DNA of 63,211 nucleotides, counting the filler, from Choristocarpus tenellus KU-1152 (lineage: Eukaryota; Protista; Phaeophyceae): assembly GCA_964200185.2 (NCBI GenBank). It is 12 parts of 12 records of this genome, joined end to end, with 100 filler letters (N's around TTAATTAATTAA, not from the genome) between each part and the next. Parts side by side here need not be neighbours in the genome. Positions count along the whole stretch, not along the records: positions 25,089 to 30,122 come from CAXNAD020012100.1; positions 30,223 to 32,834 come from CAXNAD020026277.1; positions 32,935 to 39,045 come from CAXNAD020008911.1; positions 39,146 to 45,425 come from CAXNAD020008491.1; 8 more parts are not named here. One strand, 5' to 3'. Each line of letters begins with the position of its first letter. The stretch's first letter is position 1. Under the pieces are notes generated by a model, which was given only the letters and a program-made list of their open reading frames with translations, did not search any database and was not told the DNA's origin. The position numbers were made by a program, and so were the translations under genes. Below, in pieces: positions 25,464 to 39,287 of the stretch.

Positions 25464-27036
25464 TGATTGTCAAGTCCTATTCTAGGTAGTCCCATATGTT
25501 CTGATGCCATTCTTGGTTGTACTGCACATACTGGTACCTCAGTTGTTGGTACTGTTGGTACTGTACTCTCTGGCACCGTGCCCCCTGTACAAAGCATGCA
25601 ATTTGGTATGAGGTAGTCGTACCATACAACTGGGGAGGGGAAAATGGGGTTTGAATTGTTTAAGTCTGAAATGAGAGTGCGTGTGAAGGGAGAGTCAACT
25701 GTGAATAAACCCTGAAACTCTAATCATGGCAAACGTTCTTCCTGTGTAGTTACTGAATAGTACCTGGACATGGCTCTGTGTGAAGAGTTGGGAAGGCAGT
25801 GCATTGTGCTCATCTGTGTATGTGTGTAATGAGGGAGGGGGGGTGGAGGTTGGGAAGCGAGAGGAAAGATGGCAAGTAGGGTTAGGGTTAGGGGGTAGCT
25901 GGGTGGAGAGATGTATTTTGTTGGTTTAGTCTTGCCTGCGAAATGGACAAAGCAGAGGATCAAGACTTCCGTGGCAGTCCTGCAATCCCTTCTTCCTCCT
26001 TCCTCAATGGAGATTGAAGTGGTATATATTGAGATTGAGGGGTAGTTTAGTTTGTATCCATGGTTGTAGGATGTTTGTTGAGGATGAAGCACGCATCACA
26101 TGTAATTGTAACCCTTCGGAAAATCTGCTATATTTTGGATGGAAGGACAAGCGACCATTTGGTCTTGTTGTTTGAGGGCTGGGGGGGCAAGGGGGAGCAC
26201 GTCAGGGAAGCAGCTTTTTTTATTTGTAAGGTTCCTGTGCCCTCTGCAAGACCCTCGACTGTTTCTACCCCTTACCACTCGTTCAAGGGAGGGGTGGGTG
26301 AGCATAGTTCAAGTTTTCCGACTCTAATTGTGTGTGTGTTTTCACTTGTATTTACTTTCACGTTTGCCTTGAGGTGGACTTTCGTGTAGTTTTCATTGTT
26401 GATTTGTCATGATTGTAGTTGGTTTGTGTTCATGACACCTGGGACATGAATGATACTGTAGCATATATATATACATACATTGCTGAAGTAAAGGCAGGGT
26501 TCATGGTAGGAGTTAGCTTCTGACAGAAAGAGGATGTTGTGTTGTATGGGCAGGAAAGGAAGATGGTAAAGGGTAGTCATGGGAGGGGTAGTAATATTGA
26601 CCTGACTGCTATTGTAACAGCAGCGATTCAGAAATATATTCAGTTACGTTTGAGTTTGGTACTGCTTGAGTGTGGGTGTTATTGTTCATAGATACTGCTG
26701 TGAAGGTCACCATTAAGGACGCCATGTTTGGGTGTGTGGGTAGGGGGACTCCTCTCTTGTTTTTGTTTCTGCAAGTGCTGTTGTATTATGAGAGGATGCA
26801 CTCATTTGTATTGGTAATATTTGATACTTTTATTATGTGGAGAGGAGGTTGTACATCCTCAAGATAACAAAACATATCCACACTTTTCTTTGTCGCTCTG
26901 TGCTGACTTGTTACATTTGGTGTTTTGGGGGATGGGGGTTCAGAAGTTCACAAGAGGCAGTTAGTTCTATACTATTGAGGGAGAACCATAGCTCTGCTTG
27001 AGAGATTTGGATCAGACAATCACAAACAAAACTTAC

Positions 27037-29766
27037 TGAGTTTGGTGTGTTGATGGTGGAATGGACTGACTGCACCTTGGTGTGGACAGGAGGCTGAACA
27101 GGAAGCGAGAAACACAAGGGTTTCCTTGTGAAAGACCTAATATTGATCCAAAAAGTGCTGAAGCCAGCGTGTATTTTGTCGCATCATATGTAGCAATTGA
27201 AATGATGAAAATGTATTTTATACTCGTGAGTATTTCATAAGTATAGTAACAACGGGTCACCACTACTACCATCTTCTACCATAAAAATATAGCTGTCAAA
27301 TACACCGTAATCAATGAAAGATTATAGTAGAAATAACAAATGTCACAGTTCAAGCATCAGACACATACTACTTGCTTGACCTACAGAGATAAAGGTAGCC
27401 ACTGCACAGAGGAATCAATTTTGGTGGGGTTGTAGTTCAGTAGGCGGTACGGTGTAACTGCTCTACATGCCGATAATGATGTATCACATCTACGACAGCT
27501 GCTACTTGTTTAGGGGTTATGACTCAAAGTATCTGGGGGGGCGAGGGGTCTACACGAGGGTGTCCATTTGGGCCCTGACCAGGAAAGGTGCTCTTACATT
27601 ACCTACCCATCCAAACACATGCAACCAAATCACCCAAAATTGCGACATGGAAAAATAGTCCCCAAATGGACCGCCACCAACCTCCCCCCCCCAGATACTT
27701 TGAGTCTATTCTTACATTTGAATGTTTTTCTTTGTTTTTTCCCCTGACACATCTTCAAAATGTCAAGAGGGCATAATAATATACACAGTGTGTATATATT
27801 GGTTTCAAGCTTGTTGTACCGACAATCAAATAATTATATATTTGTACATGATGTCATCTTCACCTTGCCCTAAATATGGTTCGATCTTGCATAACCTCTC
27901 TTGGTACTGTGGGTGGTTGGTTTCTTTCTCCTATTTGTGGCAGGTGAAAGTACGAGACTGAACCTATGTTTAATATGATTGTGGGTGCTTAGATGCCCGT
28001 GTTTGAACTACATGTGAATCTAGATGCTAGAGGTGGTATGTGTTTGGATTTGAGTGTGTGTGTCTTTTACCAAATGGGACATGACATACATAATATAACA
28101 TTAATTGTAAGAATTGTATATTATAAACAGTTATATTGTTACTTTTTTCTTTTGCCATGTTATATTCTTATCGTTTCCTATCTTCCTCTCCTAGGTTTTT
28201 CACAGTATTGAGTCAAACCAACTGAGAGGTAGGCAGGGTTGCATTGCAAGGATCCCGAGAAGGGGTAAAAATATGTCATTTTGTACCATTACAGAAAGAG
28301 CCTTTGCTGAACTGTGCTGTCACCTAGTGTGTGGAAAGAAAGGGGGAGTATCAATTTCGCGTTCACTATCGTGCACGTAAAGAAATGGAATAGAGTGCAT
28401 TGCACAGGGTAAGAAAGAGACTTAGAATGCAACAGGGTCGAACTTGCCTACCGCCTAATTATTTGGTTTGGCTCATTAAAAAAAATTATACTCTTAGTTT
28501 TACATTAATTTTTTAGTCTTATTTCCGTCCTTTGTCAGTATGTTCCTTTTTCTACACTATTTTCTGTTCCTTACCTATCAGACCACAGTTTCAAGCATGT
28601 TGTTTGTGCTCCGGAATATGTTGCTTCTTCCTTACCACCCGACTATGTTTTCAAGATGTACCAAGCATCATTGCATGCATCAAACAATCAATGAACAATA
28701 ATGTATCATCAACCATCATCATCGACCATTCCCCACATTCACTTGGCCGTGCAATCTTCGATTTTGCAAGGGGTAAGACCAATTTTGAGGACCTCCAGAA
28801 AGACAATCTGATTGCACCACCAGTTCAGTCCTCTCCTTCTCGGCAGTTCATATAATATTACACTTTATTTGCCTTACTTCACTGCAGCAATAATAGTTTT
28901 ACCGTTTGTTTCTGGACTACTAATTATCGTACCGAAAGTCAAAAGTGTTTGAAACTGAGAGGTGGAGAGAAGGCTTCATTGCAAAGCGATTCTGAGGCGA
29001 GTGAGTAGGATCTCTACAGTACTACACAACATTCCAGGGAGGAAAACTAAGATGTGGACAGGTGGGATGACTGAAACCAAAGTATGAGAAGAATAGAGCC
29101 ATGAACGAAAAGGTCGCTATGTACGATTGAGAAGAACTTATTCAGTGTGCGGTACATATGACCAGGATCGGGCCAGTCCTTAAACCAGAGTGAAGGTAAT
29201 GAAAAGATGTGTGAAATATCAACATATGGAAACTAGAGAGCTCCTTCTCGATTTGACATCTCCTGTAAGGGTGTCTATCTCCCCTCGTTCCTACCCTGCT
29301 TACCTCGTTTTGCTCTCTGTTCTGGGTATGCTGCAATGGTTGACACGGTTTGGACACTGGTTGAACATCGCCATAAAATCGCGCACACAGGCCACGGATT
29401 CTCAAGCAAGCATTGTTGTCCATCACTGAGCTAACAGATATTCTAAATTGTGTTCAATAAAGTTCACATCACGTGAGGACAACACAACAAAATGCATTGC
29501 AAACAGAAAAAGGGTGGAAGGTATATGATCTCTCTCCGAGATGGACATAAACTACATCACTGCATACATGCTCAAGGGTGTTTGAGTACTCCCCCCTATG
29601 CCCTACGATCCAGAGCAAGCAAGGTACTATTGCCCTGTCCATCTGTGACCACTGTTCTCGAGGGAAAAGGTTGTCACCACCTACAGTATAGCACTGCACC
29701 ACAGTTCGCCACTGTTCTATATCACCTCATGGCTTCACTTAGACAGGAGTTTTCCATGGGGTCCAT
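27037..29766 (-). CDS. Tentative exons of an unknown gene
   Basis: Exons 29766-29726, 29430-29304 and 27093-27037 are phase-compatible with GT-AG borders (two GTAAG donors): MDPMENSCLSEAMSSVMDNNACLRIRGLCARFYG...PPVHTKVQSVHSTINTPNS. No recognisable motif. Confidence 0.3.
27521..27706. mobile_element. MITE family A (186 bp), complete
   Basis: Perfect TIRs GACTCAAAGTATCTGGGGGGG and CCCCCCCAGATACTTTGAGTC; TSD TAT/TAT. Confidence 0.93.
28210..28474. mobile_element. MITE family C, complete
   Basis: TIRs GAGTCAAACCAACTGAGAGGTAGGCA and TGCCTACCGCC..TTGGTTTGGCTC; TSD ATT/ATT. Confidence 0.88.
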
Positions 29767-30034
29767 TTTATACAAAGAGAAGAAAAACTCTGCATCTAGA
29801 TATGTCATCTCCCCCCCCCCCCCCGCCCTCCCATTCCCCCCCCTCCTCCCCATCAAAACTGCCCCTACAACAATAACAGAGAAATGGCGTCCCTTCATAG
29901 ACTGCCAACTACACAATTAGGTTGTCTGTCATCTTCATCTTCATTGAAGTGCACTGGGGAGATCCCCTGTCTTCGGGAGTCCCCACTGTCCTTAAGGGGA
30001 ACACTTCTTTTGCTCTTGAAGTTATTTTTCGTTG

Positions 30035-30069
30035 GGGTTAGGGTTAGGGTTAGGGTTAGGGTTAGGGTT
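30035..30069 (+). repeat. Interstitial telomere-type (GGGTTA)5 next to a family-A MITE terminus (30084-30122)
   Basis: Five perfect GGGTTA units; GACCCAAAGTATCTGGGG begins at 30084. Confidence 0.85.
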
Positions 30070-30303
30070 TGGTTGAAGTTCGAGACCCAAAGTATCTGGG
30101 GGGGGGGGGGGGTCTACGCCAGNNNNNNNNNNNNNNNNNNNNNNNNNNNNNNNNNNNNNNNNNNNNTTAATTAATTAANNNNNNNNNNNNNNNNNNNNNN
30201 NNNNNNNNNNNNNNNNNNNNNNGCGAGTTGTTTCCTCCTCCTTTAATTATTTTTCTTATTTTTGAACGTCTCTTTGGGGGGTGGGTGGGGTGGGTGGTAC
30301 CAG

Positions 30304-32834
30304 CACCTGAGGAAGCAGCCTGATAACAAGGGAGGCGGTGTGGTTGACATTGACAAAGGCGACAAGGAATGTCCAGTGCTACCCCCTGCCCCAACTACCA
30401 GCACTAGTGTTGGCACTGGCACAGCTGGCAGGAATGAGAACGGAGGGACTGCTGCTTCTGACTTGGTGGAGGTAGACCCGTGAGTTCGGGGGTGTTTTCT
30501 GCACATGGTACTTTCAGTGATATAGGGTTGGATAGGATTAAGTGTAGGGTCTAGAGATTATGTCCATGTGTCACACTCATGTATACACTTAGTACCACTA
30601 TACAAATGAGAAAAACTATTTATCGTGTGATTTTGCATAGACTGATCCTATATGTGTCTTTCAACTCTTTTGTAGTGAATACTGCTCATGATTTTATTGT
30701 GAATATGAATCAGAACATGGAAATATATATCTGAGAGAGTGTGGGTGTTCGTGTGTACTTTGAGTTGACATATACACAGTATGTTGTAGGTGTCATCGCT
30801 ATGACCTGGAAGATGTATGAAATATGTCACTCTGTACTTGTGTCGGTTACTGTGTTAACCTGATTTGTTGTACATTTTTTTTATTGTGTATCATGTCAAC
30901 CAGGAGTTGTATATGTCTATATGTGGGAGATGATGTGTACATAATATGATAAAGTGTGTGAGAGGTGTGCACTGTATGTTGGTGAGCTGTTGGCTCAAAG
31001 TATCTGGAAGGGGGAAGTGGCGGCTGTCCATTTGGGACCCATTTTTGTCATGTTGATTTTTTGGGTGATTTGGTTGCATGCATCGGATGGATAAGATAAG
31101 TGCACTTTTCCTGGTCAGGGCCCGATTGGACACCCTGGTGTAGACCCCCCGTCCCTGCCCAGATACTTTGACCCTGTTCATGGTGTAAATAGGGAATGAC
31201 TCTCTACTTGCTGGGAACATCTTTGGAGGCTTCCAAAATTTCTAATCTGGAATGTAAGACACAGCGACCTCATGGCGCTAGTATCCAATGTAATAGTGCT
31301 GTGTTCTAAGATTATTCGAAGGGAAGGGGTGTATTGTACTCCACAAAACAGCCAATAAGATGTTGTATACTTATGTACCAATATACATCGGATGATAGGT
31401 CAGTACATATATGACCAACTCTAATAGAGGATACTTGTAAATGCCTGTGAAGGTGTTAGAAATCCTTCTTGTGGTTTCCTCACGGTCTGGTAGTGTGTGT
31501 GCAGGAGATCTAGTCGATTGCATGTTTTGAAGTGTAGGTGAGTATGTAATATGTGAAAATCTGATTTAGCATACTTGAGTAGATGTGTTTGTATAGGGGG
31601 TTAGAAACACAGGTGTTTCATGAGAGTTTTTGAAGGCATTGACAGGAAGCAATTTTGAAATGCAATGAGCAACAGAGAGATAGCAAGGTCTGGGCCTGAT
31701 CAGGTAACATTATCCGGAGACCATTGTCTCTATTCAAACACATGTCGTGTTCATCTGGTGGACATCTCGAAGTGGATGTGAGATTGAACCTGTTGGTTTG
31801 CTAACCTGCACGTTGTGTCCATGGGAGACACATATACTCTTTTATTGCACTAATCGATTTTGTTGTAGGTAAAATTATATATTTGTTTACTTTGTGTTTT
31901 AAGCACATGTGCGTAGCATTGTTTGAGGGAGAAGGGGGGTTGTCCCACCCACATTCCCCAAATGCTGCCCCCTCATGCAGGTCTATCCTCCCCAGGCCCC
32001 ATATCCACCCCACTCCCATACAATGTAGCTGACCTGTTGATAATGGTCGCAACATACAGTAATGAGAGGAGTTTTTTTGTTTGCTGGAATGTCGTTTTGA
32101 ATTGCCAAATTAGGTAGAAGTGCTGGTTGTACTCCCTATCTCATGGTTCTTAGATCTATCTATTTGTGGGTATGCCTTAGTCATTACATGATTTCAGACC
32201 ACCGTGGCCTCCCCTTCTACCTCCCTCTCCAGAGCCCTCCACCTTGCACAAGCTATTTACACGCACATGATGATGTGACAAATATTGTAGACATCAAGTC
32301 AAAGTAACTTTAAGGAGCACATGTGTGTTGACCATTTTGAGTGTTGAGGGCATTGTTCAATTGTTTTTGTAATGACGAACACATTTGGAAACGGTGGTCA
32401 CTAAGGATTACTTGCTTTTGCAAACTCAATACACCCACAACAGAAGCTAAAATGTGCTCTGCACCTGTGGACTGGGTGGTCTAAAAGCTTGTGGCTCTAG
32501 AAGTCAGAGGGGTTTTAAAACTTAGTGGCATAACCTCTTGGCTACTTTCATTCGCTAGGAGGAGAATAGAGGAGTATGTTTTGATGTAACTGTCTATTTT
32601 TTAGAGTGAGCTAGCCTACTGGATGCCTTCATGTTGTCAATTTATCTCACCTTGTTCAATCAAATCATGTGTCATGATGCAGGGAGGAGCAGAGGAAGAA
32701 AATGAGGGACCTAATTTCAAAGAGGGTTTCGGATATTGAAAAGGAAATGGAAGCGGAAAGAGCTGATGCCACACGAGCCACTGCTAGTACCAGCAATGGT
32801 TGTGCCCTGGAGGGAGTGGATGGGGGAGGGGGGG
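30304..32834 (+). CDS. Internal exons of an unknown low-complexity/coiled-coil protein
   Basis: Exon 30304-30471 (HLRKQPDNKGGGVVDIDKG...SDLVE) and exon 32683-32834 (EEQRKKMRDLISKRVSDIEKEMEAERAD...). Phases differ, so an unresolved intervening exon is needed. Confidence 0.5.
30992..31174. mobile_element. MITE family A, complete, reverse orientation
   Basis: TIRs GGCTCAAAGTATCTGG and CCAGATACTTTGACCC; flanks TGTT/TGTT. Confidence 0.92.
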
Positions 32835-33028
32835 NNNNNNNNNNNNNNNNNNNNNNNNNNNNNNNNNNNNNNNNNNNNTTAATTAATTAANNNNNNNNNN
32901 NNNNNNNNNNNNNNNNNNNNNNNNNNNNNNNNNNACCAAGCTTGCTGACCCTGTGCACCCCCCCACCCCCCCCTCCCCTGACAAATTTGTTTGTACTGGA
33001 CTGTTGTTTGTTGCTGTTGCCCCCCAAG

Positions 33029-33626
33029 ACACACCCTGTCTGATGGAAAGACACTGGTGCGTATCTTCACCCTCAGGACAGAGAGGGAGAACGATGACCG
33101 GTGCATCCCTGCTGCGACAAAGCTTGTCATGGTTTTCTTCTCATGTGTGATTCCATACATGTTCTTTGGGTTGCTTGGAATGGTGGCTTGCTTGCCACTC
33201 TGCCTGTATGATCAATTTTGCAATGGTGCAAAGGGCGAGAAGATATGCAACTGGAAGGCCCTCTTCGAGCACCCTTTCTTCATGATGTTTGTGATGCAGA
33301 TCTTGGGTGGTCTGATGACGGAGGCGGTGTCCCTGTACCTTGCGATCAAGACGGGGAAGTTCTGGGCGATCCTCAGTTCGCTCCTGGGCCTATATTCTCT
33401 GTTTGTAGGCTCAGCGATCAATCACGTTCTGTACAGGCGGAGAAAGGAAGAGATGAAGACGGAAGCGGAGGCAAGGTCACCAAGCTACCCCGTAGCTCAT
33501 GGGCTGACACCTGGTTACACTGTTTCTGGGGTGGCACAACCCACATTCCCTGCAGTGGGAGCACCAGCTCAAGGCTCGTACCCAGCAAAAGGGTCATTCT
33601 CTGTACAGACAGGGTACACTGTGTAA
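33029..33626 (+). CDS. Terminal exon of a multi-pass membrane protein with a Pro/Tyr-rich tail
   Basis: Open frame with about 3 hydrophobic segments, a basic stop-transfer RRRK and a PSYPV..PGYTV..GSYP tail ending in TAA. The 5' border is approximate. Confidence 0.75.
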
Positions 33627-35017
33627 GACAGCGTGGATGTTGTGCTGTTCTTCAGTGAGTCAGGTAGAACGACTCCGATGCTTGTTTGAGTATCAGATGT
33701 GTTGCAGCAGGCATTGCAGGGTATTGTAATCCTCTAGCAACATCGCCCCAACTTCGTTTATCGTACTATTTATTTCCCAGTGGTGTTATATGTGCTTTCG
33801 GTTGTGTATGATGATATATGTAGGAATTGAGCTGTGGGTGGATGTGGTCCTTCTGACCATCGGTAGCTTGCTGCCCCATTTACGATATGTGATTCTGTGT
33901 AGAGTTCTTTTTTTCCGTTTGAGAGAGCAAGGGTTGGGAGAGCTGACCCTCTTGTTCCTCCCCTTGCTGTTATTTTTATTTTCTTACTGCAAATTTAATC
34001 ACTTTACATGTTTGATTTTGATTTGTTACTGCTTGTCTTCGGTGTCATTGGAATTTTTCTGTAGAGAGTTACGTTGTCGTTGTAGTGCTTAAAAGTATTG
34101 CGTATCACAAGAATCTAGCAGCCCTTCAAGGGCTTCATTTGGGCCTGACATGAAGAGTGATAGACTTGCTGTGCAATTTGTTCTTAGTCAGATATGGATG
34201 TCAGGTTTTAGGGGACTTGGACCAGAACACAAACTCCACAACCATATATATATATATAAGATGTATGTGTATATAGCCAGGTCACGTGAAATCTGAGGGC
34301 TGGCTGATTTTTTTCCCATTTTTATTTGTCGAAACAGGTGTGCACTACAAGTGTATGTAGTGCTGCATAGTATGAATATGATGTAAATGGAATAGAGCTT
34401 CATATCTTCACTTTCTGGGCTAAACAACCAATATTCATGTCTCCAATCAAGAAGCAAGGAAAGACATTGCAGTGTGATATATGGCGTTTTGGGGGTGATA
34501 TACCTGATGTACTCCAAGAGAGGTATTTACGGAATGATTCGACTGAAGAAAAAGCACACATTATATCTAGGTTAAATCCTACTTCAAATTGAGACGCTGC
34601 ATCAAATACATCCACAGGAACATCTTTGGTATTCAGAGAATAGTGGTTGCAAACCACGCAACTGGAAAGAACTCGACTCCAGCGGGGAATTTATAAAAGT
34701 CGGAAGAGCTGCTATTAGGGCGACACGATTCACCCATTCATCCACATAGTGCACAGTTGAGGTATTGGGGTAGACTGGTGCTTAACCATATTGAGAGGGC
34801 AGAAGGGATATGTGACGGTGATGTGTGCAGAATAGATTATCAGAGTCAGAGAGAGGTGAGAATACAGCGTGTCATTTTCAAGACCCCTGCACAAGTTTAT
34901 TAGTTTTCGGCATGCACTGTAAAACATGCAAAAGTGTATATATCTTGAAATTTGAAGACATAAATAATGATTTGTCTCTCCACCATATGTACTACCGTTG
35001 GCTGTCAAGGGTTATTT

Positions 35018-35536
35018 CTATTCGTGGGTGGTGCCAATGTTGGCAGCAGCTGCTTCCCAAAGTTCAAAAGCCCTAGAGCCAGCTTCCTCCACATCCCGAA
35101 CCCCATCCATAGTTATAAGAGCTCCATCACTCGTTCTGAAGACAGCAATGGTAGGGATACCGTATTTACGACTTGACCGGTCCATCTCCAATTCTGCCAT
35201 TTCGGCGCCAGCACAGGTGCCAAGTTTCCTCTTCAATTTAGCACGGTGTGTTCCATCGAAGGTGACGGCAGGCCAGTCTTCGAGGCAGTCACGCATGTAT
35301 CCGTACATATCCTCCTTACTTCTGTCAGAGCTGACAAATACTATTTCTGCCTTCCTTGCCATGCCCTCCTTGCTGGCTTCCACCAAGCGGGGAATGAAAC
35401 TAGTACAGTCTGGGCACCACCTTGCAGCAAACAAGATGGCTGTTAGAGGAGCCGGCGCCTGGGGTATGGAGAACGGTTGCCCACCCGAATTGACAAGCGG
35501 GATGCCACCACCTAGAAATGCTCTCATCATTCCCAT
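35018..35536 (-). CDS. Nucleoredoxin/tryparedoxin-like thioredoxin-fold protein
   Basis: 172-aa ORF with ILFAARWCPDC active site, EIVFVSSDRS, WPAV and YGIPTIAVF..DG.LIT.DG motifs. Confidence 0.92.
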   Translation of the reverse strand: MGMMRAFLGGGIPLVNSGGQPFSIPQAPAPLTAILFAARWCPDCTSFIPRLVEASKEGMARKAEIVFVSSDRSKEDMYGYMRDCLEDWPAVTFDGTHRAKLKRKLGTCAGAEMAELEMDRSSRKYGIPTIAVFRTSDGALITMDGVRDVEEAGSRAFELWEAAAANIGTTHE

Positions 35537-36731
35537 CCTTGAACAATTGGAAGAGGAGAGAGGGAAATTAGACTTGCATTAGGTTTTTAGAGACCATTAG
35601 TACGAGGGATTGGGGAGGGCATGATGGGTGCAGTAAAGGTTTATAGTGAAAGTGACTAGGGTGCAAATTCTAATGGAAAACTTGTGTGGTACAACTATCA
35701 GGTTGTCAACAAAGATGCCATACATTTTCAATGGCAGAATCATCAGCAGCGAAGAGTAGAGAAGTCGGTTGAGTCTAAGATCCAGTCAGGTATACCTGAA
35801 CAGGTTCAACCCATTCCTTGTTGGTTTCGTTGAAACCTACCGATTTGAACCCTCCTGTGTTTCGTTTTGTGCAGTACTACAAGATAATAAACAGAGGGAG
35901 TTCCATAAGCGCGAAGGGATCAATACAAAGATCCTAGTTCCTTGTGTGTTCCCCTCGTTTGGAGAATTTCATCGTTATCCTCACAACACAACAGTGTCCA
36001 CTGTTCCAGTTAGGTGCCGTGCATGTGCAGGCTATTGAACTGAGAGGACCCAGCTAGTGCGAGTGCTGAGTGACAACACTGGTCCAAAGGAATCTTGTCT
36101 GGATAGTTTGGGTTCCTGAGCAACAAGAGTAGTCATGTGAGGCATCCTCTTTCGTACACCTCAAGATCTGGTCTGGGCAACTGCCAAATGTTAGTGCTTA
36201 CTTCATGAAGTCCCCCCTTTGAGGATATCACCTGATTTTGCCATATATTTGCTTTGCCTTCACTCTCCTTCTCTTTGCAACTTTTCCTGTTAGTTTTCGT
36301 TGTGAGCCTTTACTTTACATGGTTGAAAGACGGAAACACAAAGTTGGCAGAGACCGATCAGGGCGAGGATTTCTGTGTAGTATCATCGGAGTGATATTAC
36401 CATAACGTAGAAGTTTATGGAAAACAGAGTCGAATATTAGTTCTTGCTCCAGTAACATCACCCCACCTGACTATTCTCTAGTTGCCAGTACGACTGAAAT
36501 GATCACTCCCGATCGATTTCCCTTTGCCATGCTCTCTTTCACCCAGTCTCCCTCCGAAGTAACGCGTTTGCCACCTATGTACCTCTTGTTGTTGACCGTC
36601 CCACCTCACTGTGTACCTGTGTTTCGCTGCTTGTACATACATTTGTTGGCTATAATTGCCAAACTGACCGATTGACTGCGTCTACTTTTGATCTATCCCC
36701 TTGGGTGCACTTGTACTTTCTGTTTGCGCAG

Positions 36732-37746
36732 GGCAAATGTGGATCCGGATGTGCTACGCATCCTGGTGGCCACCGACAACCACCTAGGGTGAGTGCTGGT
36801 GGGTTGAGTGGTGCAATCACCACGGTTCATGGTTTCAGCGTTTGTGGAGTAGAACTCGGAGCATAGCTCCTTGTTCAGGTAGATACCTTATATGCAGAGC
36901 TTTCCTCAAAATAGATAGCTCGCACCCCTCCTACATCTGTAGGAACCGACTACCGTACAAAACCAACCGTCGTGCCATCGCATGTGGGCAAGCGCTGGTA
37001 AGAGATAACTAAAGGTTATGTTCCACGGTTACCACAGTGTCCGCACCAGAGGTTTGAGACAGATATACTTTGTGTAGCTAGACGGGAGCGCAATTGGGTG
37101 GTTGAGGAGAAAGCCAAAGGTGATATTATGTGCTTGTGACATGATTAAGGCAAGGCCTGGTTGGTTACCAGCAGATCGTCAATGCATTCTTCACTAGCCT
37201 AAAACTTGTGTTAGCTGCATAGTCAGATCACGTCAGGGAGAAGGTCTGGGTGAAGGACTGGGAAAAATTGATTTGCTTCACAGACATGTAAATGCAGTGA
37301 TACGAGGAAAGTGTGAATCATTGAGTTGCTCCTTTGTTGCTTCTTACACCTGATACAGAATATCTATCCTCTCGTTATTTCGAATGTCCCGCACTATTGT
37401 GCCAGCCTATGACATGACAGTATACAATTCCCTGGTCATATGCACACTATTTTTTTTGTGTATCTCATGTAAAAAAAATTCAAGGGAATATTGGAGGTCA
37501 CCTCCCTGCCTACCACCTGTCCAAGAACGATGGCCTTATTTTATCCCTAAACTTTTGCTTTACTTCCCTGAGTCTCAATACCCTGGAACCTAAAACCCTG
37601 ACATTGTCTATCTCTTGCTGTGACCCACAGGTACATGGAAAGAGATCCTGTGCGTGGGATGGACTCTTTCGCTGCGTTTGAAGAGGTTTTGCTCTTAGCC
37701 AAGCAGAACAAGGTGTGATTCGCATGTGGTTTGAGTGTGCGCGCGC

Positions 37747-37795
<49 letters not shown>

Positions 37796-38197
37796 TATAT
37801 ATATATATATGCCTTCTATGTTGGGGAGGGTTTTGAATGGAGACTGAGCATCTTTTCCTGTTCATTGCGTGATTTATGTTTCTCGATCGGAAGTATTAGT
37901 GATTTGTCATTGCAATATGTTGTTGCATGAGTTTTTTCTTCCTTTTCTTGCTTGCTTGCTTGCTTGCTCATTTGATGAAACAAAAGGTGGACTTTGTCCT
38001 CCTAGGTGGCGACCTGTTTCACGACAACAAGCCCTCCCGGCGGACATTGTACCGTACCATGGACATCCTGAGACGACATTGTATGGGGGACGACTCAGTG
38101 TCCTTCCAGATCATCAGCGAACAGGCCGAAAACTTCAAAGACAGGTGAAAGGGGGATGGATGAGTTCTTCGAGAGGTTATCAACAAAAAAATCTCAA

Positions 38198-38249
<52 letters not shown>

Positions 38250-39045
38250 GCAATTTGATACTCAAAGCCAATCAAATCAGTTACCCACATTTTCGCGTAT
38301 TTTCGTCTCACAGAAGCACCGTGTTCTCTCCATCACCCCCACCCCACCTCCCCCTTTTCAATGCAACCGTAAATCCGGTGTCTGTTTATATTTTCTCTAC
38401 CACAAATCACTTGATGTGAAAAAAAAATGTGTCTGTCAATAGATTTGGTCATGTGAACTACGAGGATCCCTATTTCTCAGTAGGACTGCCTATATTCAGC
38501 ATTCACGGGAACCATGATGACCCCACAAGGGAGGGAGGGGTGGAGGCACTGGCAGCACTCGACTTATTGCACGTGGCTAACCTTGTGAATTACTTTGGGA
38601 AGAGCAGCAAGGTAAGGCCAGCTGTAGTGGTGGCATTTCTAAGTTGTACTATTTTCAGCCATCTCTGGTGAGGGGGGCACACACTATTTGCGAATTTCAG
38701 ACCTCTGCTGTGCAGGGTTTTTTGTGTACTTTTGGGCGTGCGTTGCAGAGATCTTCCCCTTATATTTCTATGCTTTTCACTTTTTGGAGTTCGGGATTTT
38801 AAGTGAAACGTGTGTGCAAACCGACTGAAAACCCATCTCTTTTTTTTCTTAATGACCTTTTGTTTTTTACCTCAAGCAAATGGAAGCCCCCGTTATTGTG
38901 ACGTAGACAAATATGAAAAATCAATTTTCTGGTCATACAAACCTCTGCAAAAAAGTATTCAGTGATGGATAGGAATGAACTTTGTTTCCAATGGTCGTGG
39001 TGTGGGGTTTTTTTTTTTGAGGTGGATGATGTGGAGGTGAACCCC
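36732..39045 (+). CDS. MRE11: Double-strand break repair nuclease MRE11, N-terminal phosphoesterase exons (partial)
   Basis: Exons 36732-36788 (LRILVATDNHLG), 37631-37712 (YMERDPVRGMDSF), 37987-38144 (VDFVLLGGDLFHDNKPSR), 38443-38611 (VNYEDP..PIFSIHGNHDDP..ANLVNYFG), 39022-39045 (VDDVEVNP). Possible upstream exons at ~35731 and ~36330 are tentative. Confidence 0.96.
38200..38248. repeat. (TG)n microsatellite; other microsatellites at ~13155-13198 (TG), ~37759-37792 and ~41338-41370 (AG), ~59025-59058 (TA)
   Basis: Direct inspection. Confidence 0.95.
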
Positions 39046-39287
39046 NNNNNNNNNNNNNNNNNNNNNNNNNNNNNNNNNNNNNNNNNNNNTTAATTAATTA
39101 ANNNNNNNNNNNNNNNNNNNNNNNNNNNNNNNNNNNNNNNNNNNNTTTTATTTTGTTTGTTCTTTTTTTCTTTATTTTTTTTTTTTTTCTTTTCCTCCTC
39201 TTTTTTTTTTTTTTTTTCCCCCCCCCCCCCCCCTCCCCCCCCATCCTGTTCTTTCTTGGCTGCATATGTGCTCTGAACATGTAACAG

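Noticed and set aside
34998-35582. 194-aa plus-strand ORF overlapping nucleoredoxin
   Set aside because: Antisense shadow of the real minus-strand gene; no motif.
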